Assembly: GCA_963711215.1 (NCBI GenBank)
Contig: CAVQDH010000014.1
Coordinates: forward strand, 178,628-242,627
Reading direction: 5' to 3'
Source: an uncultured Alphaproteobacteria bacterium
GTDB lineage: Bacteria > Pseudomonadota > Alphaproteobacteria > UBA8366
Length of the DNA stretch: 64,000 nucleotides
A model generated the notes under the pieces. It had not been told where the DNA came from and searched no databases. It was given only the letters and a program-made list of their open reading frames with translations. The stretch's first letter is position 1; every line of letters starts with the position of its first letter. The position numbers and the translations under genes are program-made. Below are positions 1 to 9,477 of this stretch, one piece after another.

Positions 1-342
1 GCGGTCGACGAGGCCGAGGCGCGCTTTATCGAGCTGCAGCCCGGCGAGATATCGCTGCATCACGTGCGTACCGTGCATGCGTCGGCGCCGAACGAATCCG
101 CCGGCCGGCGCATCGGCGTCGCGGTGCGCTACATCGCGCCGCATGTCCGCCAGGTAAACGGCGGGCAGGACAGCGCCTGGCTGGTGCGCGGCGAGGATCG
201 CTGCGGCAACTTCGTGCACGAGACGCCGCCGGCGCGCGACATGGACCCGGCGGCCAGGGCGGAGCATGCGCGGATCATGAAGCTGCGTCAGGACGTGCTG
301 TACAAGGGCGTGGCCGGCACGCCCGGGCGCGAATTGCGCTGA
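1..342 (+). CDS. Phytanoyl-CoA dioxygenase (PhyH)-family Fe(II)/2-oxoglutarate enzyme, 5'-truncated by window edge
   Basis: Frame open from base 1: ...IELQPGEISLHHVRTVHASAPNES..RRIGVAVRY..., the typical PhyH C-terminal His/Arg motif. Confidence 0.8.
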   Translation, partial: AVDEAEARFIELQPGEISLHHVRTVHASAPNESAGRRIGVAVRYIAPHVRQVNGGQDSAWLVRGEDRCGNFVHETPPARDMDPAARAEHARIMKLRQDVLYKGVAGTPGRELR

Positions 343-734
343 TGCGGCCGCTCCGGCTCGCAGCGATGGTCCTCGCGGTCGCGGCGCTCGGCGCGTGGCA
401 GCCGGCGCGGGCGAGCGCGGCCGGCTCGCACGGCGTCGCCCAGCTGGACGCCGCCTCCATCCCGGCCAAGGAGCTGCAATCCTTCGCCAACGCCGCCCGC
501 GCGGTCTTCCGCATCCGCCAGGCCTACGCGCCCAAGGTGCAGGCGGCGCACAGCGAGATGGACGCCCGCGATTTCATCGTCGCCGCCCAGAAAGAGATGG
601 AGGACGCGATCCGGCGGGAAGGCATGTCGGTCGCGCGCTACAACGACATCCTCAAGCTCGCCCAGCGCGATGCCGCCCTGGCCGGCCGCATCCAGGAGCT
701 GGTTGACAAGGCGGCGCGGAAAGGAAAGCGGTGA
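342..734 (+). CDS. Secreted helical protein, DUF4168-like
   Basis: Signal peptide; ELQSFANA...I...Y and AIRREGMSVARYNDIL..AQRD..L pattern; start overlaps upstream stop. Confidence 0.65.
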   Translation: MRPLRLAAMVLAVAALGAWQPARASAAGSHGVAQLDAASIPAKELQSFANAARAVFRIRQAYAPKVQAAHSEMDARDFIVAAQKEMEDAIRREGMSVARYNDILKLAQRDAALAGRIQELVDKAARKGKR

Positions 735-2419
735 CGTCGCCTGCCGCCGACCTGATCTTGCGCGGCGGCAAGGTCGTCACCGTCGATTCGCGCTTTCGCC
801 TGGCGAGCGCCTTCGCGGTCAAGGACGGCCGCTTCATTGCGGTCGGCGACGACGCCGCGATTTCCGCGCTGGCCGGCGAGGGGACCCGGGTCGTCGAAGC
901 GGCAGGCCGAGCGGTGGTCCCCGGGCTGATCGACGGCCATGCGCACATGGACCGCGAAGGTCTCAAGGCGCTGATCTATCCCTCGCTTGCCGGATGCGCC
1001 TCGATCGCCGACATCCAGGACCGCATCCGTGCGCTGGCGCAGGCCGCGCGGCCCGGCGAATGGATCGTCACCATGCCGGTGGGCGATCCGCCGAACTTCT
1101 TCGGCGTGCCCGACGGCCTCGCCGAGAAGCGCTATCCCAACCGCTGGGATCTCGACCGGGTCGCGCCCGACAATCCCGTCTACATCAAGGCGATCTGGGG
1201 ACCGTGGCGGCACATCCTGCCGCTGGTGTCGATCGCGAACTCGAAGGCGCTCGAAGCCGCCGGCATCACCGCGGCGACACGGCCGCCCTGTCCGTCGGTG
1301 GAAATCGAGAAGGCGCCGGGCAACGGCGAGCCGACCGGCGTCTTCATCGAGAACACGTTCTATCCGATCGTCGAGCTGACCTTGATGCGGGCCGCGGGCG
1401 GCTTTTCGGCGGCCGACCGGGTGCGCGGCCTGCGCGAAAGCATGCGGCTTTACAATGCCGCCGGCACGACCAGCGTGTTCGAAGGGCATGGCGTCGCGGG
1501 CGAAGTGCTCGGCGCCTATCAGGCGCTGCGCGACGCGGGCGAGGCGAGCGTCCGCGGCAATCTGATGTTCAGCCCGTCCTGGTCGGCGGTCGGGCCGGCG
1601 GACCGCCTCGACATGCTGCGGAGCTGGACGCGCTGGCTCGCCGGGCGCGGGCTGGGTGATGCCATGCTGCGGGTCGCCGGGCTGTTCGCGGAGCTCGACG
1701 GCGGGCCCGAGCACGCGCTGCGCGCGCAGGCCAATCCCTATACCGGCTGGGCGGGCTTCCATTTCGATGCCGGGCTGCCGCGGGAGGATCTGAAGACGGT
1801 GCTGGTCGAGGCGGCGCGGCTGGGCATTCGCGTGTCCGGCATCGTGCCGGCGATGCTGGATCTGTTCGCCGAGGTCGACCGCGCGGCGCCGATCGGCGAT
1901 CAGCGCTGGATCCTGGGCCACGTCAATGTCCTGAGCGAGGATGACGTGAGTCGCATCCGCGACCTCGGCCTGGTCGTGACGACGCATACCAACCGCTATG
2001 TCCACAAGGAGGGCCACTTGCTGAAGCAGCGGCTGGGCGCGGCGCGCGAGGACGACATCGTGCCGCTGCGCCGCCTGCTCGACGCGGGCGTGCACGTATC
2101 CTTCGCGACCGACAACGTGCCGATCTCGCTCTGGCATCCGGTCTCGCAGGCGGTCGCGCGCCGGAGCCTCTATACCGGCGAGGCGATCGCCCCGGGGCAG
2201 CGGCTGACCCGGGAGGAGGCGCTCCGCTGCGCGACGGCGGAGGGCGCCTGGCTGTCCTTCGAGGAAAACGAGAAAGGCTCGATCGAGGCGGGCAAGCTTG
2301 CCGACTTCGCCGTTCTGTCCGATGATCCGCTCGCCTGTCCCGAGGCGGCTCTCCCCGACATCACGTCCGTGCTCACCGTGGTCGGCGGCCGGGTCGTCCA
2401 CGACGTCGCAGCATCCTGA
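731..2419 (+). CDS. Amidohydrolase (YtcJ/Amidohydro_3 type)
   Basis: ADLILRGGKVVT; PGLIDGHAH metal motif; C-terminal GSIEAGKLADFAVL and TVVGGRVV. Confidence 0.9.
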   Translation: MTSPAADLILRGGKVVTVDSRFRLASAFAVKDGRFIAVGDDAAISALAGEGTRVVEAAGRAVVPGLIDGHAHMDREGLKALIYPSLAGCASIADIQDRIRALAQAARPGEWIVTMPVGDPPNFFGVPDGLAEKRYPNRWDLDRVAPDNPVYIKAIWGPWRHILPLVSIANSKALEAAGITAATRPPCPSVEIEKAPGNGEPTGVFIENTFYPIVELTLMRAAGGFSAADRVRGLRESMRLYNAAGTTSVFEGHGVAGEVLGAYQALRDAGEASVRGNLMFSPSWSAVGPADRLDMLRSWTRWLAGRGLGDAMLRVAGLFAELDGGPEHALRAQANPYTGWAGFHFDAGLPREDLKTVLVEAARLGIRVSGIVPAMLDLFAEVDRAAPIGDQRWILGHVNVLSEDDVSRIRDLGLVVTTHTNRYVHKEGHLLKQRLGAAREDDIVPLRRLLDAGVHVSFATDNVPISLWHPVSQAVARRSLYTGEAIAPGQRLTREEALRCATAEGAWLSFEENEKGSIEAGKLADFAVLSDDPLACPEAALPDITSVLTVVGGRVVHDVAAS

Positions 2420-2480
2420 GCCTGTCGCCGGGCGAGCCACGTATCGCCCGCCTGTTTCCGCATCGCCCAAGAGGAAATCC

Positions 2481-3368
2481 ATGACCCCATCATTCGCGTT
2501 CATCGGCTTCGGCGAGGCCGGGTCGACCGTGTCGGAGACGCTCCGCGCCGCCGGCGTCGAGCGCATCGCCACCTATGACATTCTGTTCGACGACGCCGAG
2601 AAGGGCCGGCCGCTGAAGCAACGGGCCGCGGCGCTCGGCGTCGAGGCCTGCGGCACCGCCGCAGACGCCATCGCCGGCGCGGACATCGTTTTTTCGACCG
2701 TCGTCTGCAAGTCGTCGCTGCCCGCCGCCGAGGCCGCGGCGAAGCATCTCCGGCCGGCGCAGTTTTATGTCGACTTCAACTCGATCTCGCCGGGCCTGAA
2801 GCGCCAGGTCGCCCAGGCCATCGAGCCCTCGGGCGCGCGCTTCGTCGAAGCGTCGGTGATGTCGAACGTGCCGGGTCACGGCCATCGCGTGCCGATGCTG
2901 CTGGGCGGCAAGGGCGCGCGCGATTTCATGGCTTTGATCGCGCCGCTCGATTTCAACGTGAAATTCGTGCAGGAGGAGATCGGCCTCGCCTCGGCGACCA
3001 AGATGGTGCGCAGCATCATGATGAAAGGGATGGAGGCGCTCTATCTCGAATGCATGCGCGCCGCCGAGCATTTCGGCATCGAGCAGGAGGTGCTCGATTC
3101 GGTCGACGAGTTGATCGCGGGGCGGAACTGGACCCAGAACTGCAATCGCGTGATGGCGCGCACCGTGATTCACGCCAAGCGGCGGGCGGACGAGATGGCC
3201 CAGGTGGCGGAGACGCTGCGCGAGATCGACATCGACCCGACGATGGCCGAGGCGACGGAGCGCTGTCTGCGCTGGTGCTCGACGCTGGGCTTGAAGGAGG
3301 TCTATGCCGGCGGCCTGGCGAAGGACTATCACGACGTGCTGGAGAAGATCAGGCAGGCCGGCGGCTGA
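2481..3368 (+). CDS. NAD(P)-dependent oxidoreductase (6PGD/3-hydroxyisobutyrate dehydrogenase-like, DUF1932 C-terminus)
   Basis: RBS GAGGA then ATG 2481; FIGFGEAG Rossmann motif; ASATKMVRS..MKG; HAKRRADEM. Confidence 0.85.
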   Translation: MTPSFAFIGFGEAGSTVSETLRAAGVERIATYDILFDDAEKGRPLKQRAAALGVEACGTAADAIAGADIVFSTVVCKSSLPAAEAAAKHLRPAQFYVDFNSISPGLKRQVAQAIEPSGARFVEASVMSNVPGHGHRVPMLLGGKGARDFMALIAPLDFNVKFVQEEIGLASATKMVRSIMMKGMEALYLECMRAAEHFGIEQEVLDSVDELIAGRNWTQNCNRVMARTVIHAKRRADEMAQVAETLREIDIDPTMAEATERCLRWCSTLGLKEVYAGGLAKDYHDVLEKIRQAGG

Positions 3369-3378
3369 CGGGACGCCG

Positions 3379-3727
3379 TCAGCTGGCTCGGGAACTTGAA
3401 CGGAGATCGCTTCTCGAGCAGGACGCCCGCATTACCACTTTCGATCGCGCCCTTGATCTCGCTGTCGAGCGGGCTGAGCTGGCCCTCTTCGAACAGTTTT
3501 TCGAGCCCGAGCCGCGGGCGCGCCGCCGTCCTGGAAATACGGTACTTGCGTTGTGGGGGGCGCCGATGATGCCGGGGAAATACGCGTCATCAGGGTACGC
3601 GAGGGGGTGCGGCTTGGCGGTTCATATCGCGTCGACCTGGACCCTAGTATTTCGCGCTGTCGGCGGCATTTGCGGGCAATGCGAGCGCGCCGGCGGCGAT
3701 GGCGGCGGCGAATACAAGGGACTTCAT
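3379..3727 (-). pseudogene. Degraded secreted Spondin_N-like protein
   Basis: AGGAG RBS, signal peptide MKSLVFAAAIAAGALALPANAA, then fragments across three frames with in-frame TAG/TGA: VQVDAI*TAKPHPLAYPDDAYFPGIIGAPHNA / FQDGG / GLEKLFEEGQLSPLDSEIKGAIESGNAG; 3' end approximate. Confidence 0.55.
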
Positions 3728-3968
3728 TTTGTTCTCTCCTGAGTTCGTTTATGCGGTATTGCGCATGGCCCGGATCCTCGGAGGGTCGGCGCGCCGGTTC
3801 TAATATCGATCGCCCATCGAATCGATACGCGGCTGCTATGCCGGGGCGGGCATCGCCCGACAGGCCGGCCCAATAGGGGGTACTCATTAAGCAGGAAGAT
3901 ACGTCTAGCGCGTAGTTGCCTGCGTCCGTGATCCCTGCCATGTAAAAGCCGCAATTAGGCTCGGATCA

Positions 3969-4767
3969 ATGATGCAAAGAACAAGATCTGGCCTGGCGGC
4001 GGCCGCTGCGCGAATGCAGCTCACCGATCCGCTCGAGGGGAAGTCCAGCCTGCAAACGCGGCTCGAAGAAGCTGAAAAGCGGGCGCAAGAGGCAGAGGTG
4101 TCTGTGCAGGATGCGCAGGCAACGCTGGCTCGGACTTTACTCGAAGCGGCACGTGTGGAAGCCGCCGTTACGGCCCGCATAAAGGCTCAGAGCGAAGCCG
4201 AGATCGAGGCTTTGCGCACGGAGCTCGACGCGTTGAAACATGCCGCGCCGGACGCGTGACGCATCGTCCGACGCCGCGCGCTCCGCGCCGGCCGACGATG
4301 CGGTCGCCGCGGCGCCCAAGGGCGAGCCTGCGCCGGAGGGCCGGAGCTACCGCCCGATCACGTTGAAGGAATGGGATTTGCCGGTCGCGGACGAGGATGC
4401 GGCAGAGGACGAGAGGGATGCGGAAACCGTTCCCGCGCCGCTCTGGAGCATTTCCGCGCCTATCACCTCGATGTCTTTCCGCGCGGCGCTGTTCGCCGTC
4501 GCCATCGTCGGCGCCGTCGTCTCCTACGCGACGACGGCCTCCCTGATGAGCAAGCCCGGCGCGCCATCGGTTGCGGCGGGCATGGCGGGCGTGGCCTCCG
4601 GACTGGCCCAGCCCGACAGCCGTTCCGAGAGTGTCGTGACCGGCGACTGGACGGCCTCCGCGTCCGGCGGCAACTGGCTGCTCTACATGCCGGTCGAACG
4701 GACGTCGCTCGTGCGGTATCTCGCCGGGAACGCCTGGTCGAAGATCCAACTCGCCGAGAAGCAGTAA
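3969..4767 (+). CDS. Hypothetical coiled-coil plus single-TM protein (ORFs 3969-4259 and 4240-4767 probably one gene with a +1 error near 4250)
   Basis: Heptad-like E/A/Q/R-rich N-part, acidic linker, hydrophobic AALFAVAIVGAVVSYA segment; joint length 799 = 3n+1. Confidence 0.5.
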
Positions 4768-4965
4768 GCGGCCCGCCCGCCGCCTTTCGGTCGCTACCCG
4801 ACTCCATACTGATTGAACGATGCCGATTCGGCGCGCGCCCGGCGCGTATTTCGACGCCGCATGCACGGCGCCGTCATTCGCGTTTGCACTGCTTTCGCCG
4901 CGCCGCCTATACTTGGCATTCTGAAAAAGATCAAAACAAATAACAAATTCAACAGGGAGTGCGTT

Positions 4966-5293
4966 ATGTCCAGATCGTTCGCGGCATCGATCCTATTGCT
5001 ATTGGGGCTGGCCTTCGCGGCGGCGCCGGCGGTCGCCGCAGGCTACAAGCGATTCCGCAGCGCCAGCGAGCGCGTCCACCTTCTCGAAATACGCATGGCT
5101 GTGGTCCGACAAGTCCGCGGACAAGGGCGCCGCGACATCGCAGCAGCGCGCCACGCCGGTCGCGGCCTGCGCGATGGATTGTTGCTGCCAGATGGTCGTC
5201 GGCGGCAGCACGAAGAACGAATGCAAGTCGCGCGACGACTGCATCAATGCGGGCGGCATATGCCGCAACAAGTCGGATGCGCGGTGCAATTGA
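4966..5293 (+). CDS. Small secreted Cys-rich peptide, ~108 aa, reconstructed across a +1 frameshift near 5036
   Basis: A-rich leader, GGGAG RBS, signal peptide; shifted frame ends CAMDCCCQMVVGGSTKNECKSRDDCINAGGICRNKSDARCN*; length 328 = 3n+1. Confidence 0.65.
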
Positions 5294-5318
5294 CCGTGCG
5301 GGGCGACACGAAGCGAGG

Positions 5319-6413
5319 CTAGGCGGTCTTCTCGCCGTAGTCACGGAGCACGTCCGGGTCGGGGTCGCGCCCGAGGCCCGGGCCGTCCGGCACCCGAAAC
5401 GCGCCGTTCCTGACGTCGATCAGGTCGCCCACGATGCTCGCTTCCGGCGTGCAGTAGAAGCGCTCGACCATGCTCGGCTGCGGCATGGCGGCCAGCAGCT
5501 GCAAGGTGGCGAGGAAGCCCGGCCCGAAATACGGCGAGTGGGGTATCAGGGTAATCGCGGATGTCTCGGCAAGCGTGATGATCTTGCGGAACTCCGTGAT
5601 GCCGCCGACCTTGGTGACGCTCGGCTGGGCGTAGGTGACCGCCTTGGCGTCGAACATGCGCTTGAACTCGAAGGCGGTGCAGGCGTTCTCGCCCGCCGCG
5701 AGCGGAATGCCCGACTGCGCCTGCAGCGCGGCGAGCGCGGCGAAATCCTCCGGCGGAAAAATCGGCTCCTCCAGCCAATGCGGATTGAAGGGGCGGAACT
5801 TTGCCGCCATCGCCGCCGCCTGGTTGGGCGTCCAGGGGCAGTTGGTGTCGATCATGATGGCGACGTCGGGCCCGGCCGCCTCGCGCGCCGCGCGCACGGC
5901 CGGGACCGTGGTCTCGTGCAGCTTGATGTATGTGTAGCCCTCGGCCACGGCGGCGGCGGTGCGCTCGCCGCAGATCTCGGGCTCCGGCGTCTTCATCAGG
6001 CTGGCATAGGCCGGCAGCGAGTCGCGCACCTTGCCGCCGAGCAGCCGGTGCAGCGGCAGGCCGGCGGCCTTGCCGGCGATGTCCCACAGCGCGATGTCGA
6101 TGCCGGAGATGGCGAACATGGTGACGCCGTAACGGCCCCAGATATGGTTCGACTGCTGCAGCCGGTAGGAGATGCCGGCGATATCGCGCGCGTCCTGGCC
6201 GATCAGGGCCGGCGCGATCATATGGTCGACCGCGGCCTTGGTGGCGCGCAACGCCCCGTAGCCGAAGGCGTCGCCCCAGCCGGAGATGCCGGCGTCCGTG
6301 TCGATTCGCAGAAGGACGTAATCCAGCGTTCTTCCGCCGCGCCATTCCTTGGCCTTGTCGCCGGTGTCGAAGGGCAGGCGGACGATGAAAGATTCGATGT
6401 TTTCGATACGCAT
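5319..6413 (-). CDS. Mandelate racemase/muconate lactonizing enzyme family (enolase superfamily)
   Basis: AISGIDIALWDIAGK, IMIDTN, WLEEP, AAGEN, IPHS motifs. Confidence 0.9.
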   Translation of the reverse strand: MRIENIESFIVRLPFDTGDKAKEWRGGRTLDYVLLRIDTDAGISGWGDAFGYGALRATKAAVDHMIAPALIGQDARDIAGISYRLQQSNHIWGRYGVTMFAISGIDIALWDIAGKAAGLPLHRLLGGKVRDSLPAYASLMKTPEPEICGERTAAAVAEGYTYIKLHETTVPAVRAAREAAGPDVAIMIDTNCPWTPNQAAAMAAKFRPFNPHWLEEPIFPPEDFAALAALQAQSGIPLAAGENACTAFEFKRMFDAKAVTYAQPSVTKVGGITEFRKIITLAETSAITLIPHSPYFGPGFLATLQLLAAMPQPSMVERFYCTPEASIVGDLIDVRNGAFRVPDGPGLGRDPDPDVLRDYGEKTA

Positions 6414-6626
6414 GGGGTCCTCCGGTCCAAGTATTCATTGGGTTCTTTGGAGTTCTTGGGGCCGACCATGGCCCACCGCCGCTTTGGCTTCTTTGCAACA
6501 CTACTCTATCAACTGCACTGCAAAACGACCACCGCGTGCGCCGCCGCTTGCGGACGCGGCGGCGCCGTGTCAGAGATTTCCTTAGCGCGGGGGTCAGGGA
6601 ACTGCCGCCTGGGCGAAACGTTGGTA

Positions 6627-6647
6627 TGGTTAATTATTTCGTAACCA
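6627..6647. promoter_or_regulatory. CtrA-like box / palindrome
   Basis: TGGTTAAttatttcGTAACCA: TTAA-N7-GTAA, one mismatch to TTAA-N7-TTAA, in a divergent intergenic region. Confidence 0.45.
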
Positions 6648-6734
6648 CAGGGAGTTAAGAGGGTGTGTCTGTCGTCACAGACAGGGGTGGGCAGGGGCTG
6701 TAGCCTTGGCTCATTAATGAGTGGGAGCGGGGCT

Positions 6735-7103
6735 ATGTTGACCATCCGATACGCGACTTCGGACTATCTTTGTCACGATCCGAACTGTGCATTGTGCAGT
6801 GCGGACGCCGACTATGGCGAGCCGCTCGGGCATTATCGCTGCCAGTGCTGCGGCGACGAGGATCCCGAGCTGTTCATGCTGCGCGACGATATCTGGCGCC
6901 GCATCACCGGGAACCATCCGGAGCTGCTGCTGTGCTGGCGCTGCGCCGAATCGGCGCTCGGCCGGCCGATCCTTCCGGCGGACCTGACCAAGTGCCCGCT
7001 CAATTGCCAGCTTTATCCGTCGATGATGCTGGAAGCGGGGCATGACCTCGACAAGATCACCCGCCGCTACCGGGCGCATCGCCACGCCGCGATGGCGGCC
7101 TGA
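6735..7103 (+). CDS. Small Cys-rich, putative Zn-binding hypothetical protein
   Basis: GGGAG RBS; CxxxxCxxC, CxCC and LCWRCAE..LGR.I...DL..CPLN motifs. Confidence 0.65.
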   Translation: MLTIRYATSDYLCHDPNCALCSADADYGEPLGHYRCQCCGDEDPELFMLRDDIWRRITGNHPELLLCWRCAESALGRPILPADLTKCPLNCQLYPSMMLEAGHDLDKITRRYRAHRHAAMAA

Positions 7104-7292
7104 CCGCCGGGCGCGCCGACGCGCGCCTGGGCTCGGTCCCTTCCCGGATCTTTCCCGAATAACGTGAGTCGTCTCGAGCCGCCGGCGGGCCCCCGGCGGC
7201 GCCGATGCCTGTTCCCGGCGGCCCCGATTTGAGCCGCGCCGGCATTTGTGATTTGTCTGAAGGGAGACGCGATTTTCGGGGGAGCCCATCCA

Positions 7293-8488
7293 GTGAAGGT
7301 CTTGCAAGGCATCGTCGTCGCCGATTTCAGCCGCGTGCTGGCGGGTCCGTTCTGCGCCCAGCAGCTTGCCGACATGGGCGCGGACGTGATCAAGGTGGAG
7401 AGCCCCGACGGCGACGAGAACCGCGGCTGGCAGCCCCAGCTCCCCAACGGCAGCAGCAGCAACTACGCCAGCGTGAACCGCGGCAAGCGCGCCATGACGC
7501 TCGATCTCAAGTCCGCGGCGCGGCGCCTGGAATCCTGCGCCGGCTGATCGAGCGGTCGGACGTGCTGCTGCACAATTTCCTGCCCGACACCGCCGCCCGG
7601 CTCGGTCTGACCTACGACGCCGTGCGCGCGATCAACCCGCGCCTCGTCTACTGCACGATCAACGGCTATGGCGAGAAGGGTGCGCTGCGCAACAAGCCGG
7701 GCTATGACCTGATGGTGCAGGCCTTCTCCGGCACGATGTCGACGACCGGCTTCGAGGGCGGCCCGCCGGTGCGCTCGGGCGTGTCCTTCATCGACATGGC
7801 GACCGGCATCGCCGCCTATGGCGCGATCGTCAGCGCGCTGTTCGCGCGCGAGCGCACGGGCCAAGGCGCCTGGGTGCACGGCTCGCTGCTCGAGACCGCG
7901 GTCTCCCTGCTGGGCTATCACGCGATCTCCTGGCTTCAGGCCGGCAAGCTGCCGGTGAAGCAGGGCTCCGGCAGCGCGAGCTCGGTGCCCTACCAGGCTT
8001 TCCAGTGCAGCGACGGCTACCTGCTGATGGGCGCGCCCAACGACGCGGCGTGGCAGCGCTTCTGCGCGGCGCTGGAGGACCCGGCGCTCGCCGCCGATGC
8101 GCGCTTCGCCACCATCCCGCTGCGCGTCGCCAACCGGGACGTCCTGATCCCGATGCTGGAGAAGCGTTTCCTCGAGAACACCGTCGCCCATTGGGTCGAC
8201 CGGCTCGAAAAGAAGGGCGTGGCCGTCTCGCCGTTGCATTCGCTCGATCAGGTCTTCACCCATCCGCAGGTGCTGGCGAACGACATGCTGACCCATGTCA
8301 CCGACGTCGACGGCACGCGCCTGCCGCTCGTCGGGATGCCCTTCAAGATGGAGGCGGCGGACGGGCCGGTGCGTCCGGCGGAACGCCCGGTGCCCCGCCT
8401 CGGCGCGCATACCGACGAGATCCTCGGCGACGTGCTGGGCTATTCCGCCGACGAGATCCGCGCGCTGCGCGACGCCGGCGCTGTCTGA
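7293..8488 (+). CDS. CoA transferase family III (CaiB/BaiF), one frameshift near 7520
   Basis: GTG start; DFSRVLAGPFC..LADMGADVIKVE, NRGKR in the first frame; DVLLHNF.P and GYDLMVQA in the second. Confidence 0.9.
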
Positions 8489-8658
8489 CTGCTTCGCCGC
8501 TGGGCGGGCTAATTTGCGCGCGTTCGGATGTCGCCGTAAGGTCGAAGGAATACCCCGGCTGCCCGATCGGTTCCCCCACATCGTCACACGCATGAACCGC
8601 TCGGCGGCAAATCACCAACGCGGGCCGGCCGCGGAGCCGCCGCCGATGGAGGACCCTC

Positions 8659-9459
8659 ATGACGGAACCGAATCTCGAAGGCCTGGTCGAATACGAGCGC
8701 GCGGGCAACATCGTCACGCTCAGGCTCAACCGGCCCGAAAAGCTGAATGCTTTCAGCGACGAGCTCGTCGCGGCGCTGATGGCCGCCCTGCGGCGGTTCG
8801 ACAATGACGAAGACGCGCATCTGGCGATCCTGTGCGGCAACGGGCGCGCGTTTTCCAGCGGCGCGGACGTCCATCAGCGCCAGCTTCGCTCGCGCGAGGA
8901 GTTCAAGAAATACGGCGGGCCGCAGGCCACCGGCGCGCACTCGTCCGATCTCTTCACCAAGGCGGTGAACTGGAAGCCGGTGATCGCCGCCCCGCACGGC
9001 TATGTGCTCGGGCTGGCGAACGCGGTCGTCTTCGAATGCGATCTCGTGGTTGCCGAGGAAGGCACGCGGTTCCAGATCACCGAGACGCCGCGCGGCCTCG
9101 GCGCCTCGAAATACTGGGGCCTGCTCAACTACCGCAGCGGCGGCGCGTTCGGCACCGAGGTCGCGCTGACCGGCCGCTGGTTCACCGCCGAGGAATGCCT
9201 CGAGCACAACCTGATCAACCGCGTCGCGCCGAAGGGCAAGCTGATGGACGTGGCGAAGGAGCTTGCCGAGCAGGTCTGCGCCAACCCGCCGCTCAGCGTC
9301 CGCGCCACGGTGCGTACGCGGCGCTGGTACATGGAGAAGATGACGCGCGAGATCATGATGCAGACGGCGCCGCTCCAGCTCTATCTCAGCGAGGATTTCA
9401 AGGAGGCGGCCCGCGCCTTCGCGGAGAAGCGCAAGCCGGGCCCGTTCAAGGGACGATAG
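8659..9459 (+). CDS. Enoyl-CoA hydratase/isomerase family protein
   Basis: LNRPEKLNAF, RAFSSGAD, KPVIAAPHGYVLG, EKRKP C-terminus; GGAGG RBS. Confidence 0.9.
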   Translation: MTEPNLEGLVEYERAGNIVTLRLNRPEKLNAFSDELVAALMAALRRFDNDEDAHLAILCGNGRAFSSGADVHQRQLRSREEFKKYGGPQATGAHSSDLFTKAVNWKPVIAAPHGYVLGLANAVVFECDLVVAEEGTRFQITETPRGLGASKYWGLLNYRSGGAFGTEVALTGRWFTAEECLEHNLINRVAPKGKLMDVAKELAEQVCANPPLSVRATVRTRRWYMEKMTREIMMQTAPLQLYLSEDFKEAARAFAEKRKPGPFKGR

Positions 9460-9477
9460 GGAGGCGCCGGCCTTCGC

